64,000 nt of DNA from a virus. Position numbers and translations under genes: made by a program. The notes beneath the pieces are model-generated. The model was not told the DNA's origin. It saw only the letters and a list, made by a program, of their open reading frames with translations, and did not search any database. Of the stretch, positions 51,977 through 62,700 are shown in pieces. The stretch's first letter is position 1; each line of letters begins with the position of its first letter. The stretch lies in the IMG/VR virus record IMGVR_UViG_3300045988_172855; one strand, written 5' to 3'.

Positions 51977-52309
51977 TTAATCGAGACCAAAAAATTGTTT
52001 AGTTACTTGTTCTCGCTTATGTTTGATGACCTCTGAAATATTTTCCTTTTTTAAATTATCTCGATAACGCTTTTTAAGCATACTTGCTTTATCTTCATTA
52101 CTCTTTGAATTAAACGAAGTAAAACTAACATTTATACCATTTCCTTTTCGCAATTCTTCTCTATAAGACATCTCTTTTCCACATATAGGACATCTTGGTA
52201 TATTAGAGAGAACTGTTTCACCATTCTCATACTTAAATTCTGCTTTAACTAGAATATCTTCTTTAGCATGATTTGAACATGCTTCGTTATTACACCATAC
52301 GTATATCAT
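51977..52309 (-). CDS. Zn-ribbon protein
   Basis: CNNEACSNH...CPICGKEM Cys pairs. Confidence 0.45.
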   Translation of the reverse strand: MIYVWCNNEACSNHAKEDILVKAEFKYENGETVLSNIPRCPICGKEMSYREELRKGNGINVSFTSFNSKSNEDKASMLKKRYRDNLKKENISEVIKHKREQVTKQFFGLD

Positions 52310-52312
52310 ATC

Positions 52313-52801
52313 TTATAAATTTTTTCTACGACCATATTCTGCAATTAACAACGAATCTGCAAAATTATCGTCTTCATTTTTACATCTTTCTGTTCTTCTT
52401 AAATCTACAGTTGGAAATAACTTGTGACAAGCCATAAAACTCATTACCTTTTTATCGTCATTCTTAGCAATACCTTGGTGCATCACCTTTTGCCATGTTT
52501 TAGGTGCAACCTTTGTATATGGTAATCCTAATGTTGATAAAGTACCTTCTATCACTCCTACGATCCAACCGAAATTAAAATTTGATTTCGCAGATGAACC
52601 AAAAATCGAATGTACGTCCTCGAGTACAACATGACACCTTCCTTCGTAAATGCTCAAGTCGAATAAGTTTTGACTTATTTCAACAACGTCAACGACTTTT
52701 GAATTTTTCAATAAAGGGAAAGATTTAATCACTTTCCCATCTACGTTTACAATCGATACAAATCCTTTTTGACCAGGATCGATCCCTATATACACTTTCA
52801 T
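52313..52801 (-). CDS. RuvC-like Holliday junction resolvase
   Basis: N-terminal KVYIGIDPGQKG (catalytic Asp), VLEDV, and C-terminal DNFADSLLIAEYG. Confidence 0.65.
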   Translation of the reverse strand: MKVYIGIDPGQKGFVSIVNVDGKVIKSFPLLKNSKVVDVVEISQNLFDLSIYEGRCHVVLEDVHSIFGSSAKSNFNFGWIVGVIEGTLSTLGLPYTKVAPKTWQKVMHQGIAKNDDKKVMSFMACHKLFPTVDLRRTERCKNEDDNFADSLLIAEYGRRKNL

Positions 52802-54804
52802 TCTTCTAGTCTACTTATTCCGTTTTCTTTTATAATTCGAATTTGACTTATCTCTTCATTAATTTTAGGTACATGCGTAACAATTATAGACGATTGTTTC
52901 AAAAATTTAATTGAAGAGATGATGTTTTCAATTCCCAACGAGTCAGCACTCTCAAGTATTTCGTCAACTAACAAAAATTGCATTCCACCATATTGCTTCG
53001 TCGCATTGATCATTTGTTGGATTGCTAATATTAATGCAATTTCTGTTCTCGCCTGTTCTCCTCCTGAGTAATAGAAAAAAGACTCCATCTCATCGCGAAA
53101 TACATAAGGAGTTATTTCTTCTTTAACTTTTCCTTTTGCATCAACTTTAAAACCTTCAATCATTAATCTAAGATCACTTCCCATTGATTTAAGTATCTCG
53201 TTAGCACGAGATTGGATATTTTTTAATTGCTCCATAGCGAGATACATTTTAAAATCTTTAAATCGTTGTGTCCACCTTTGAATTTTAAAGATTTCATCAT
53301 TTTTGTTTGTAATCTTCTTACATTGATCATCAATAAGATGTTCGGTTTCTTTGATGGTGTTTTCAATCTCATCAGTACTTTTCTTTACCACCTTAGTGTT
53401 TTTCAGATCCTTAATGTAAGCTAATTTCAAAGAAATTAAATTCTCACCATTTTCAATCTCATTTTGCAGTGTCTTTACAAGATTTTCTTTTGATTTTATC
53501 TGTTGATCTAAACCTCCTATATTGTGTTCGAGTTCAAGGATCTTCTTTTTCAAACTTCTCTGTTGATTTGCAACTTCATCAAACTCTTTATCAGTCTGAG
53601 ATTTCAAAGACATATATTCATCTAAAACGGAATCAAGCTCTTCAATTGATTTTTCTGCAATCTTCTTTTCTTCAGACTCTTTATTTAACTCAATTTCAGC
53701 AGCTTCCTTTTGTTTTTTAATCTCTTGAACCGTTTTATCTGTTTTAAGAAAAAACTCGTGTTGACAATTAGGGCAAACTATAATTCCCGAAAGTAAAACT
53801 TCTATTTTATTAAGAGTTCTCTTAATGTCAACAATTCTATTTTGAATAACATTTAGAGAGTTCTCTTTAGTCCGCTTTTCTTGTCTACACACATCTACAT
53901 CTTCGTCAATTTCTTTGTAAATTGTATCAAAATTAGAAGTATCTATGTTCGAGAGTTCCTCTGAAACCTTTGTACGTAATTTTTCCAATTCACTTAAAGA
54001 ATGCTTTAAACCTAAAGCAGATTGTTGCTCTTTTGAAATACGAAGTTCGTTTGATTCAATAGCCTTTTTAACATCTTCAATGTAATCTTCAGCTTTTTTG
54101 ATTTCTTGAAGCTGCTCCTCTTCAGGATTACTATCAAGAATTTCTTGAAGCTGTTCCTGATATACCGAAAGTTTCCCTTCATAAGACGCTTTTGATCGAT
54201 CCAATGCCTGTTTTTCTTCGTTTAAAACCAAAACCTTATCATCTATAATGGATTTTGTTTTATCTAACATAGAGAAGTTTATAAACCGACTTATTAAAGC
54301 TAACTTTTCTGTGTTAGATGATCTAAAAAACGAATTATAATTACCTTTTGAGACAATATAATATGACTTTGCATCTTCGGCCGAAATTTCAACCCAATTA
54401 GCAATATATCTATTACCATCGAGAACTGTTGCAAATTGAACTTTCTCGATCTCAATCTCATCACCGTCATGGATCAAATATATTGCTAACACAGAAGATC
54501 CTTTTGCTCTTAGCTCTCTTTCGATTTTTAGAGTTTGTCTGCGAATTGGACAATAAATAAACACGCAGATATATGCCGTATCAAATCCCTTGCGTATTAA
54601 CTTCTTATCTTGTTTATCACGAAGATTTACTCCATAAATTCCGTAAAATAATCCTTGTTCTAAGAACGATTTACCTGATCCATTTGACAACTGATCGTCT
54701 TGAGTACGATTTTCACCAATGACAGCGATCGCCTCTTGTTGAAAATCGTACTCAATAGATTCAAATGGACCGAAATTTTTCAATACTATTCTTGTTGGGT
54801 ACAT
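52798..54804 (-). CDS. sbcC: SbcC/Rad50-like ATPase (T4 gp46-like)
   Basis: N-terminal LKNFGPF...NGSGKS Walker A, long coiled coil with a central CPNC hook-like motif, C-terminal YSGGEQ signature and LLVDEILES Walker B. Confidence 0.85.
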   Translation of the reverse strand: MYPTRIVLKNFGPFESIEYDFQQEAIAVIGENRTQDDQLSNGSGKSFLEQGLFYGIYGVNLRDKQDKKLIRKGFDTAYICVFIYCPIRRQTLKIERELRAKGSSVLAIYLIHDGDEIEIEKVQFATVLDGNRYIANWVEISAEDAKSYYIVSKGNYNSFFRSSNTEKLALISRFINFSMLDKTKSIIDDKVLVLNEEKQALDRSKASYEGKLSVYQEQLQEILDSNPEEEQLQEIKKAEDYIEDVKKAIESNELRISKEQQSALGLKHSLSELEKLRTKVSEELSNIDTSNFDTIYKEIDEDVDVCRQEKRTKENSLNVIQNRIVDIKRTLNKIEVLLSGIIVCPNCQHEFFLKTDKTVQEIKKQKEAAEIELNKESEEKKIAEKSIEELDSVLDEYMSLKSQTDKEFDEVANQQRSLKKKILELEHNIGGLDQQIKSKENLVKTLQNEIENGENLISLKLAYIKDLKNTKVVKKSTDEIENTIKETEHLIDDQCKKITNKNDEIFKIQRWTQRFKDFKMYLAMEQLKNIQSRANEILKSMGSDLRLMIEGFKVDAKGKVKEEITPYVFRDEMESFFYYSGGEQARTEIALILAIQQMINATKQYGGMQFLLVDEILESADSLGIENIISSIKFLKQSSIIVTHVPKINEEISQIRIIKENGISRLEE

Positions 54805-55772
54805 AACTCTTTCTTTACGGTTTCATATATTTCATTAAATAACTCTTGATCCTCAATAAGCGATTCGCGAACAGAATCCATACCTTGACCTAATTTATAA
54901 TCGTCTCCATAATAAAACCACGAACCTCTTTTTTGACAGATACCTAATTTTACAGCTAACTCAACTGCTTCTTGAATTGTATCGAATCCTATTCCGAAAC
55001 GCAACATCACTTCACAGTTTCTAAATGGAGGAGCTATTTTATTTTTAACAACTTTGATTTTTGTTTTATTTGCAACAGCAATGTCACCATCTTTATCCGT
55101 TCCGATTCGAGCAAATTCAACTCTTTGCGTTGAATAGAATTTCAATGCCTTGCCTCCAGGTGTCATTGTTGTTGCTCCTCCAAAACCAAAACCTCCACCA
55201 ACCTTATCTCTTAATTGGTTAATACAGAATAGTATATTATTGTTCTTTTTACATACATTTTTCAAGATACTTAATTGAGCTGACAATAGTCGAGCAACAA
55301 GTGCTACCTTTGCATCACCACTTTCTCCTTGTAGAGTTGCTTGTGGTACAAGACCTGCAACAGAATCAAGAACAACTAAACCTATTTCAGGACACATTAA
55401 CATTTCGCGAATAATTTCCATCGCTTCTTCTGCTGAGTTTGGCTGCGATAAAATCCAATTATCATTAGAAATATCTACACCAAGTTTTCTCGCATAATCC
55501 AAATCTAATGCCTGTTCAACATCAACATATCCTACAGCTTTCTTCTGTGTTTTTTGTACAGATGCACAAAGATGTAATGCACACGTACTCTTTCCACTAC
55601 TTTCATTCCCAAAACACTCATGAATTCGGCCTAAAGCCCATCCTCCACCAAGAACATTATCTAACGCTAGAGATCCTGACGATACAGTCTCGACTTCTAC
55701 ATTAGTTCCCACAATCGCTTCTTTTCCAAATCTCTTTTCAATTCTACCGAATAAATCGTCCAATCTACCCAT
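54786..55772 (-). CDS. recA: RecA recombinase
   Basis: FGKEAI...SSGSLALDNVLGGGWALGRIHECFGNESSGKSTCALH is collinear with the bacterial RecA N-terminus and Walker A. Confidence 0.9.
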   Translation of the reverse strand: MGRLDDLFGRIEKRFGKEAIVGTNVEVETVSSGSLALDNVLGGGWALGRIHECFGNESSGKSTCALHLCASVQKTQKKAVGYVDVEQALDLDYARKLGVDISNDNWILSQPNSAEEAMEIIREMLMCPEIGLVVLDSVAGLVPQATLQGESGDAKVALVARLLSAQLSILKNVCKKNNNILFCINQLRDKVGGGFGFGGATTMTPGGKALKFYSTQRVEFARIGTDKDGDIAVANKTKIKVVKNKIAPPFRNCEVMLRFGIGFDTIQEAVELAVKLGICQKRGSWFYYGDDYKLGQGMDSVRESLIEDQELFNEIYETVKKELCTQQE

Positions 55773-56806
55773 TATAATACTTGCTTTAAAATGTTATAAC
55801 CTTCTTCGTAATTGTAATCGTTTTCTTTGCACCAATCTTTAAATTTAACAGCAATATCACTATTAGAGAGAGCTTTCACTTCTTCAGCAACTTCAATTTC
55901 TGCAACTTCAAGTTCCTTTGCCTTCAATTTAACATCAATACCAAGTTCTTGATAAACCTTCTTATCGATTGATTTTAATTGATCTTGACTACCAACTATT
56001 TCGACACGAACATAATCATCGGGATTATTTTCTTTCAGTGCTTTAATAACCTTATCTACTTGTTTGAAAGTCATTTCATCTAAGTTCACGACCTCCTTTT
56101 TATATCTCTTACCATCAGAAGGTATTAAATTATACGAAAGATCTTCGTATAATATCCAAAATCCCTTTCTGTCATCCTCACCAAAATTATTTTGAGTAAT
56201 AGATCCCAAATGGATAACGTTTTTAGTCAACTCTTGATGATCATGATAATGACCAAGAAATACTTTACCCCAATCTTTAAATAGAGAAGGTTTAATTTCA
56301 CTTTCCACTTTAGAACCATCGTTGTTTCTACTACCTTGCATTGCAATATGAGAAAACAGTACACTATGACCTGGCCTTTCAATTGATTGATTAGAGATTT
56401 CATCTAACCATATTTCGTTATCAAAAAACGGTAAAAAATAACAGTGTACACCATTTACTTCACGAAAATCAAACATATCGATAAGATCAAAATTCGGATG
56501 ATATTTATATACATCGAGAAAAGATTTTTCGCTATCGTAACTTGTTTTATCGTGATTACCTGGAATACAGATTATTTTTTGTCCTTCTTCTTCATACATC
56601 TCAATTATTTCAGTCAAAGCATCGAGCGTTTCTTGTCTTTGACTAATACGCGAATCAAATATATCGCCGAGCCATATATGAGTATCGATACCCATATCTT
56701 TAGCTATCCATATCTCTTGACGAGTCAATTCTTTAATGTCTTCAAGGTTAGAAGGTTTAAGATGCCAATCGGTACTCATTACCGCTATAGGTTTTATTTC
56801 TGCCAT
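55772..56806 (-). CDS. sbcD: SbcD/Mre11-like nuclease (T4 gp47-like)
   Basis: Calcineurin-fold motifs STDWHL, LGDIFD, PGNHD and LGHYH. Confidence 0.85.
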   Translation of the reverse strand: MAEIKPIAVMSTDWHLKPSNLEDIKELTRQEIWIAKDMGIDTHIWLGDIFDSRISQRQETLDALTEIIEMYEEEGQKIICIPGNHDKTSYDSEKSFLDVYKYHPNFDLIDMFDFREVNGVHCYFLPFFDNEIWLDEISNQSIERPGHSVLFSHIAMQGSRNNDGSKVESEIKPSLFKDWGKVFLGHYHDHQELTKNVIHLGSITQNNFGEDDRKGFWILYEDLSYNLIPSDGKRYKKEVVNLDEMTFKQVDKVIKALKENNPDDYVRVEIVGSQDQLKSIDKKVYQELGIDVKLKAKELEVAEIEVAEEVKALSNSDIAVKFKDWCKENDYNYEEGYNILKQVL

Positions 56807-57426
56807 AAATTATAAGTTAAAGTTGCTCCTACAAATAAATCGATTTTTTTAGAAAACATTCCGTAACCAACACCAATAGAAGGTCCAATAGAAAATCTAG
56901 GTTTTTTCTGTCTTTCGTTCCAGGTAATTACGTTTTCAATCTTTCCAGGAAGGTACGAATTTATTTCCAAACGATTATTATCACCAACTTGTTGACGGGT
57001 TATAGTAAATTCATTTGTAAGATTAAATATAAGTTTATATTTCCACAAATGAGAAGACCATATTTTAAGATCATATCCTATTGTATCGGTTTGAATGTTA
57101 AAATGATAGAGAGAGTCTTTTTCAATTTGTTTGTCAATAACTTCTTCCTTACCTTCGTATTTATATTTATATTCAAATCGAATCGCTTCAACCAAAGCCT
57201 CCTTATCTTTCAGTTGCTTATAAAGCTCCTCATTCTTCTTTTTCAATTCAGAAAATTTAGACGAAGGATATAATTTGGTATATCGATTCAAAGAATCTGT
57301 ATAAAATTCAATCTCATTTTGCAATGCTTTAATATCTCGATCCTTTTTGTTCGATCTGATATTAAAAAACAACAAACCAACGAATAATCCGACTATCAAA
57401 ATAATAAAAATCCACTTATCTTTCAT
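56794..57426 (-). CDS. N-terminally anchored membrane protein inside the recombination module
   Basis: The track start at 57474 is GTG and runs through a palindrome. The ATG at 57426 gives MKDKWIFIILIVGLFVGLLFF. The C-terminal part is beta-rich. Confidence 0.45.
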   Translation of the reverse strand: MKDKWIFIILIVGLFVGLLFFNIRSNKKDRDIKALQNEIEFYTDSLNRYTKLYPSSKFSELKKKNEELYKQLKDKEALVEAIRFEYKYKYEGKEEVIDKQIEKDSLYHFNIQTDTIGYDLKIWSSHLWKYKLIFNLTNEFTITRQQVGDNNRLEINSYLPGKIENVITWNERQKKPRFSIGPSIGVGYGMFSKKIDLFVGATLTYNLWQK

Positions 57427-57441
57427 ATAAATCGAATTTAT

Positions 57442-57461
57442 GGGGAAGAAATTTCTTCCCC
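57442..57461 (-). terminator. perfect 20-nt palindrome after SSB gene
   Basis: GGGGAAGAAATTTCTTCCCC is self-complementary and lies 10 nt after the SSB stop. The downstream U-tract is poor. Confidence 0.45.
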
Positions 57462-57470
57462 ATGATTTTA

Positions 57471-58844
57471 TCACTTCTTACCTCTCTCAGCACGCAATCT
57501 TGCTAATTTATCTTTAACAGATTCAGAAACAGCTCTAGATGCCTTTGTTGCTGCTTTTTCTACAGGCGACTCATCTGCAGCGGCGGCTTCTTGTGAATCA
57601 CCCTCATCAAAAGGGAGGTCTTCAACAACTTTTTCTTTATAGTCGTCAAACGGAAGCATCATCCCTTGTTTCATCAAATCGTACCACTTACGCATTTCTA
57701 CGATAGGTAGATCAGGTAATACTTCAGTTCCTTCGTATTCTGTTTCGATATATTGTTTCAATTCCGCCTTCATTTTGATCAATGGAGGATAACCTGAAGT
57801 TGTTGATTTTGAAGCTGTTTGTGTTGGCTTTGCAGAAGGTTCGCGTTTGACAGAAACTCTAACTTCGTCCTCTTGCTCATCTTCTTCATCATCATTAGAA
57901 GAAACTGTAGTTTTCTTAACGTCTTCAACTTCCGGAACAAGTGCTTCCAATTGTTCCAAACGATCTAAAAATTCATCGTTTTCAAAAACATCAAAACCAT
58001 ACTTTTCATCAATTCTTTTAAGACCTTCAAGCTGCATATCCCAATCCTTGCGCGAAAAGACGTCTACATATTGATCTTCTAATGAAGGTAATTGATCTAA
58101 TACTTCAAGAACTGAATCAGGCACTCTATTAGATTCGAAAAACTCATCCCAAGTCTCACCTACTTCAGGCAAACCACAAGAAAGATCGTAAACATTTTTC
58201 TTCTTTTCATCCTTGTAATAGTTGATAATCAACGGATACCCTGTTTCGTGATCAGAAAATACGTCCAAACTCACTGCCTTCTTTGATCTCTCAATAGAGA
58301 TTGACTTCATAGCCTTCCACCATTGAGGACGAATATCCATGCGGTGAATTTCCTTGTCATATAAAACATAAGCTACGTAATTCAATGTAGGAGCTATTCC
58401 CCATACCCATTCACCGTTTGTTTTACGAAATCCAGTAATAGGAGCTCTAAATTTCTTACGCTCATCAGAATCCTGAATTTCTGCAGCCATTTTATCTATA
58501 TATTCAATATATATCGCAACAGCATCTTGACCTTGCATTCGATCACTGTGTACATCTGATGTAAAGACGTCTTTCATTCGAATCTCTTTTTTACCAGTAT
58601 CTTTACCATCTTTGTCAAAAACAGTACACTCGATAGGTAATTTTGCACACTTGCGAGGAATATACGGTCTTTGAGTTTCAGAAGGTAAAATTCGAATCTC
58701 ATAACGACCTTCTTTTGCAAGGGATAAAAAACTTGCTCGACCGCCTTGTTTGCCGAACTGACTCATTGTTTCTTGAGCTTTATTCAAGTTTTCATCTACT
58801 TCTTCAATGTTAGCTTTTTTAAATTTCGAACGATCAAATGCCAT
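57471..58844 (-). CDS. gp32-like single-stranded DNA-binding protein
   Basis: GRYEIRILPSE parallels T4 gp32 GQAVIRFLPSK. It has an acidic, Ala-rich C-terminal tail and sits next to the recombination genes. Confidence 0.5.
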   Translation of the reverse strand: MAFDRSKFKKANIEEVDENLNKAQETMSQFGKQGGRASFLSLAKEGRYEIRILPSETQRPYIPRKCAKLPIECTVFDKDGKDTGKKEIRMKDVFTSDVHSDRMQGQDAVAIYIEYIDKMAAEIQDSDERKKFRAPITGFRKTNGEWVWGIAPTLNYVAYVLYDKEIHRMDIRPQWWKAMKSISIERSKKAVSLDVFSDHETGYPLIINYYKDEKKKNVYDLSCGLPEVGETWDEFFESNRVPDSVLEVLDQLPSLEDQYVDVFSRKDWDMQLEGLKRIDEKYGFDVFENDEFLDRLEQLEALVPEVEDVKKTTVSSNDDEEDEQEDEVRVSVKREPSAKPTQTASKSTTSGYPPLIKMKAELKQYIETEYEGTEVLPDLPIVEMRKWYDLMKQGMMLPFDDYKEKVVEDLPFDEGDSQEAAAADESPVEKAATKASRAVSESVKDKLARLRAERGKK

Positions 58845-58848
58845 AATT

Positions 58849-59136
58849 TTAATTTTTTAATTTGTTAATAATTTTATTTACTACTTCGTTACTGATTTCT
58901 TTATACTGATTAATATACTCTTGAAATGTTTTAAAATCTTCCTCTTTTTCAAAAATTTCAAAGTCTGCAATCTTTTTAGAAAGATGTTCAAGCGAAAGAC
59001 CATAAGCAATTGCAGTTTCAACTCTCACATTCTCCTTTCCTCCTCGATTACCGTAAGAGACTTTAATCAAATCCCAATTAAAGGGTGCATGTAAACATTG
59101 TTCTATGAAAAATGTTTCAGTTAATTTTATCCTCAT
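58849..59136 (-). CDS. hypothetical protein
   Basis: Track ORF. Confidence 0.5.
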   Translation of the reverse strand: MRIKLTETFFIEQCLHAPFNWDLIKVSYGNRGGKENVRVETAIAYGLSLEHLSKKIADFEIFEKEEDFKTFQEYINQYKEISNEVVNKIINKLKN

Positions 59137-59663
59137 TGTTTCGGTTTATGTATTATAAATGAATTAATTTTGCCTTCAACCAATTCTTGAAAAAATTCCT
59201 TTGGTACAACTTTAGGGAGTAAATTATTCAACTTTTGATCTTTACTTCTGATTGCCCAAAATAAAGAATCGAGTTTATCTCTCTTAGATTCAAGTTCAAT
59301 CTGATCTAGTACCGCTTTTTGATACTCCTCATTCAAAAGAATGATTTCATCAAGACCTTTTTCTGTCAACTTTACAGCTTCACCATCAACAGAAACTTGT
59401 CCGTGATTTTTCAGAGCTTCTCTACGATACTTTTTCTTTAATTGAGATACAAAAACGTCACAATAAAGTTTAGCTTCTTTAGCTTTTCGCTCATACTCAG
59501 CTTTCCACATTCCAACCTTATTTAGCAAAGCTGAAATCGTTACAGCTTCACCATATAAGTTTGAATAGTTAATCGTTGTTACTTCATCTAATTCAATATC
59601 TTCATCTGCATCAGGTGAATGTAAAACGATTGTTTTATCTCCTTCTTCTACTATGATATTCAT
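59133..59663 (-). CDS. hypothetical coiled-coil protein
   Basis: Track ORF with an ATG start, 22 nt after the promoter box. Confidence 0.5.
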   Translation of the reverse strand: MNIIVEEGDKTIVLHSPDADEDIELDEVTTINYSNLYGEAVTISALLNKVGMWKAEYERKAKEAKLYCDVFVSQLKKKYRREALKNHGQVSVDGEAVKLTEKGLDEIILLNEEYQKAVLDQIELESKRDKLDSLFWAIRSKDQKLNNLLPKVVPKEFFQELVEGKINSFIIHKPKQ

Positions 59664-59684
59664 ATCTATCTTTGTTTTATATAG

Positions 59685-59716
59685 GTAAAATTACTGTTTA
59701 TTTTAGTTTAATCCAA
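59685..59716 (-). promoter_or_regulatory. Bacteroidota-type promoter (TTG-N20-TAATTTTAC)
   Basis: The - strand reads TTGGATTAAACTAAAATAAACAGTAATTTTACC. Confidence 0.5.
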
Positions 59717-59759
59717 CAAACTTTTCTTGAATGAGTCATTGTTTGTTTTGAATTTTTCA

Positions 59760-62700
59760 TCAACTTAAAACAGTAAATGACGTATTCAAATTTGTTTGTA
59801 GAACATATTCTTGTCTCCACTTGTCAAATTGAATATATCCATCTACCAATAGAAGATTGTTTTTACTTTCTCTCAAAAAGTCGGCATATTCAGCGAACAA
59901 ATCAGGGAAAACAATTACATTTATAAATTCGTAATTACTTTCTAAAACTATTGTTGCGAACAATCCTTTCTTCGATTTACGCTCGATAATATCAATAACA
60001 AAACCTCCGATAATCGCACACTTAGAGCGATCGTTGCCATCCCAATATTTCAACTCACTTACATCAAAATATTCTGCATCTGAAAATGCATCGTCTGAAT
60101 GATACTCCTCAATTAGACGTTTATAATCAAAAGACGCAAATCCGGATAACTTCTTCTGTTGTAACGTCCACCACCAATCGTTTTTCTCCTTTCTTGCTTT
60201 TATAATGTTAGTTAAAAGATCCTTATCTTCAAGAATTTTTACTCTCTTATTCTCACGATAAGACTCTATTAATCTCAATCGTTCGTGTGGTGCAGTGATG
60301 TTTTCAAGTTTATCGAACGCTCCACTATAAATGAGATTTTCAATAACTGACTTATTGACTGGCGAACCTTTTACAACACAACGATCAATAAATTCATCTA
60401 ATGAGAAAAATTCACCATGTTTTTCTCGTTCATTGTGAATAAACTCTTGAGCTTTATCTCCACATTGCTTCACTGAATTCAAAGCCCAATACATACTACT
60501 TGTTTTGACATCAGAAACAATGTTTATATCACTTTTATTTATATCAACAGATTTAATTGTAATATTACCTAACTTCTGAATTTCATTGATGTAAAACGGA
60601 TAATCCTCAATCTTCGCATGTGAGAATGTTACAGACCAAAACTCAATGGGATAATGAGCTTTCAGCCAAATGCAGTTATATCCATTTCTCGAGTACGCAA
60701 TTGCATGACTAAAATTAAAAGCATACTTACCAAACTCCTCCATCTGTTTCCAAAGATCTTGAGCATACTTTTCTTCAACTCCAAAACGCTCAACATAACC
60801 TTTTACAAATTTATCGCCAAAACTCTTTAATTTAGATGTAATTTTTTTACCCATGCAATTATGAGCTAAAATTCCACCTACAAAAGCGTACGGGCTTCTA
60901 TCAGATGTCATTGTAAAATCATAAACAGGAAGTTTACCAACCCTATCGTAAGATTCTACTTTCAAAAAACAGAATTCTCTTTTTAAAATGTTTTCAAGAT
61001 ATTTACTTCTTCCACATCTTTTCAATATTTTTTCAGCTCTCCTATAAGTCAAGTCAAAAGGACGATTGATTCCGTAATTCAAAATATTCTTTCCTAACAA
61101 CTCATTGCAATTATATCCGGAATGATCAATGAGATTTTTAATAATAGGTTGCCAAATTTCAAAAGGTATTTTGTATTGACTATAAGAATCTAGATCAAAA
61201 TCCTCTAACTTAAAATTAAATCGTTCTTTAATTTTTGTCGAATATGGTTCGAGCATTGCTTTGATCTTCAAAGCGTCTTCAATAGAAGAAATTCCTATAT
61301 CATAATATTTCTCAGGATATTCTGCAAAACTTCTTGAATTTGTTGTAGTTAAAACTCCAAGACAACTAAAAAGAATATTTATCTGATCAATCAATTCCTT
61401 TGATTTAGAAGAATAACCTATTAATAACCCTCCCTTTTTAGAAGCAACATAGCCATCAAAATCAATTAATTTCCCAAGAACAAATAATTGACATTCTTCA
61501 TTTAAAGAAAAAATGTAGTCAGGTAACCTTTTTTCATCTGATTTAACAAATTCAAGACCTAAATCTGTAACAACAGAGTCTTTTATCTTTAAGCTCGTAC
61601 ATCCTGTATATTGATTATAATATTCTTTAGGCTCTTCTCGAACAAATTCTTTATAACATCTTTTAAATTCACTCAATTCTGACTCATCTTTATTAACAAA
61701 ATTACACGAACCAATAGTTCCTATAGATCCTTCTGTCAATAAAGCTATCATTAAATAAAGTTCTTCTTTAGATTTAGATAGTGTTCCAAATCTTCTACTA
61801 AGATCTTTGTAAACATAGTGTCCTACACAATCCTTAGCTTCTAACCAACCAACTTCTGTTAATAATTTATGATCCGGAGTGCATGTAAAGTGATTGTCTC
61901 CTTGCATATTCAATTTAATACACTCCTTTTCTTTTTTATAAACTCTTCTATAAACCTTATTCCATTTGAAACAACACTCTTTTTCATTATACGTAGTAAC
62001 GGAAGTAAATGGTTTTATATTTTTAATTTTAACAGCTCCATCAGGAGTCCAAAACAATTCTTCACCCCAAATACATTTTCTCACTGAATCTGTCGTTTCT
62101 AGGTCAAATCCTGCCAAATGCTGACATAATCTCATTATATCCTCCTGAGTAATCAATAATCCTAAATGTGGACGAAGAATATCTTCTGCTCCTATAGGAT
62201 ATTCGATTTCACTTTCACCTCTCTTTCTCAAGATATATTCATTGTGATAATTATTTTCAATTGGACCAGGACGATATAATGCTGCACATAATCCCATTTC
62301 ATCGAGACTGTGTGGTTTCATCTGTACACAATACGAAGAAAGTCCTTTTGCGCCAAAATGAAAAACGTCACCTAAATAACCTTTTTCAATGTACTCAAAA
62401 ACAATTGGATCGTCTAAAGGAACGTCATTATAAAGATCTAATTTGATACCACGATTTTTCTCAATCAATTTTAAAATATCAGCTAATTTATCAAGCTGAG
62501 CAATTCCTAAAATATCTTCTTTCAAAAAACCAGCTTCTTCAATTTCTGCACCTTCCCATTCTGTCACTACCAGTCCATTAGACTCTCTAACTGGCACCCA
62601 TTGTGCTGACGATTTCTCATCAGGATATACGACTGTACCACATGCGTGAATTGATGCTGATTTAGGAGAATTCAAACAAACCATAACGTCATTGATTAAT

